DNA from: Mobula hypostoma
Lineage: Eukaryota
DNA length: 64,000 nucleotides
Reading direction: 5' to 3'
Assembly: GCF_963921235.1 (NCBI RefSeq)
Contig: NC_086109.1
Span: 2,978,001 to 3,042,000, forward strand
Of the stretch, positions 63,399 through 64,000 are shown piece by piece. Position numbers and translations under genes: made by a program. The notes beneath the pieces are model-generated. The model worked only from the letters and a program-made list of their open reading frames with translations, was not told the DNA's origin and made no database searches. Numbering within the stretch: position 1 is the first letter of the stretch; every line of letters begins with the position of its first letter.

Positions 63399-63534
63399 AA
63401 AAGAATCATTAGTCTGTTTGTGTCTGCTACCTTTCTAACTTGCAGATCAGATCGGATTCTTACTTTTTGTCTTCTTACTTTTTAACTTATTTTTTGTATT
63501 TTTTTTTTCACAGTAACACGTCGAAGCTGCACCC

Positions 63535-64000
63535 TCTCTAACATGCTGGTAGAGAGAGTTTTATTTGGGTTTTTAGTGCTGGAAATAGTTACATCCCGAC
63601 ACGCGGGACAGAAGCATGGTCGCATTGTTCATTCCATTGACCAGCTTGCGCTAATGCCGGCCGGTTTAGCGAGCAGAGGGATCACAAAGTCGAGAAAAGA
63701 GGACTGGGTCGAGACAACAGAGACTTATGGAGAAGAGGAGTTCAGTGGGTAATAAAATGGAGGAGTTCATGGCGCTATCCAGGCGTCAGAGAACATTTCG
63801 GGAGTGCAGTGTTATGTGTTTCACTGGAACGGGGCTGCACAAGGACATACCCGATCAAAACTTTTCCATGGACAGCTTCCAGACCGTTCAGGCTGACCGG
63901 AAGTGCACTGAGAGCGGTAAGCGTAAAGGAGTTGGGTGCTTACTGTTCTGGTTAACAACAGATGGTGCAATCCGGGTCATATTACGATCGAGGAACGTGT
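63535..64000 (+). mobile_element. Rex1/Babar-type LINE 5' portion (APE endonuclease N-terminus), running off the window
   Basis: NKMEEFMALSRRQRTFRECSVMCFTGTGLHKDIPD...FQTVQADR...SGKRKG...VNNRWCNP. Confidence 0.8.

Overview
This is non-coding, CpG-poor vertebrate genomic DNA made up mostly of decayed transposable elements, so it is probably intronic or intergenic. The repeat set points to a cartilaginous fish, probably a ray (inference): CR1/HER1-type LINEs, HE1/V-SINE-like tRNA SINEs, Rex1/Babar, RTE, Penelope-like elements (PLEs) and a HERO-type RLE element. I recognise no host protein-coding gene, and all long ORFs are retroelement-derived. Main observations: (1) a 5'-truncated HERO-like RLE retrotransposon (26054-27943) between two ~240-bp, ~95% identical direct copies of host DNA, an exceptionally long target-site duplication; (2) a family of ~90-210 bp PLE-derived inserts carrying minimal hammerhead ribozyme motifs, with ~12-13-bp TSDs, one intact core (63328-63363, minus strand) and one near-perfect double-hammerhead hairpin (6987-7196); (3) several reconstructable nested insertions; (4) two multi-copy families of non-tRNA short retroelements that start with a YY1-like motif. 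Family names come from recalled motifs, not database searches, and boundaries of decayed elements are approximate.
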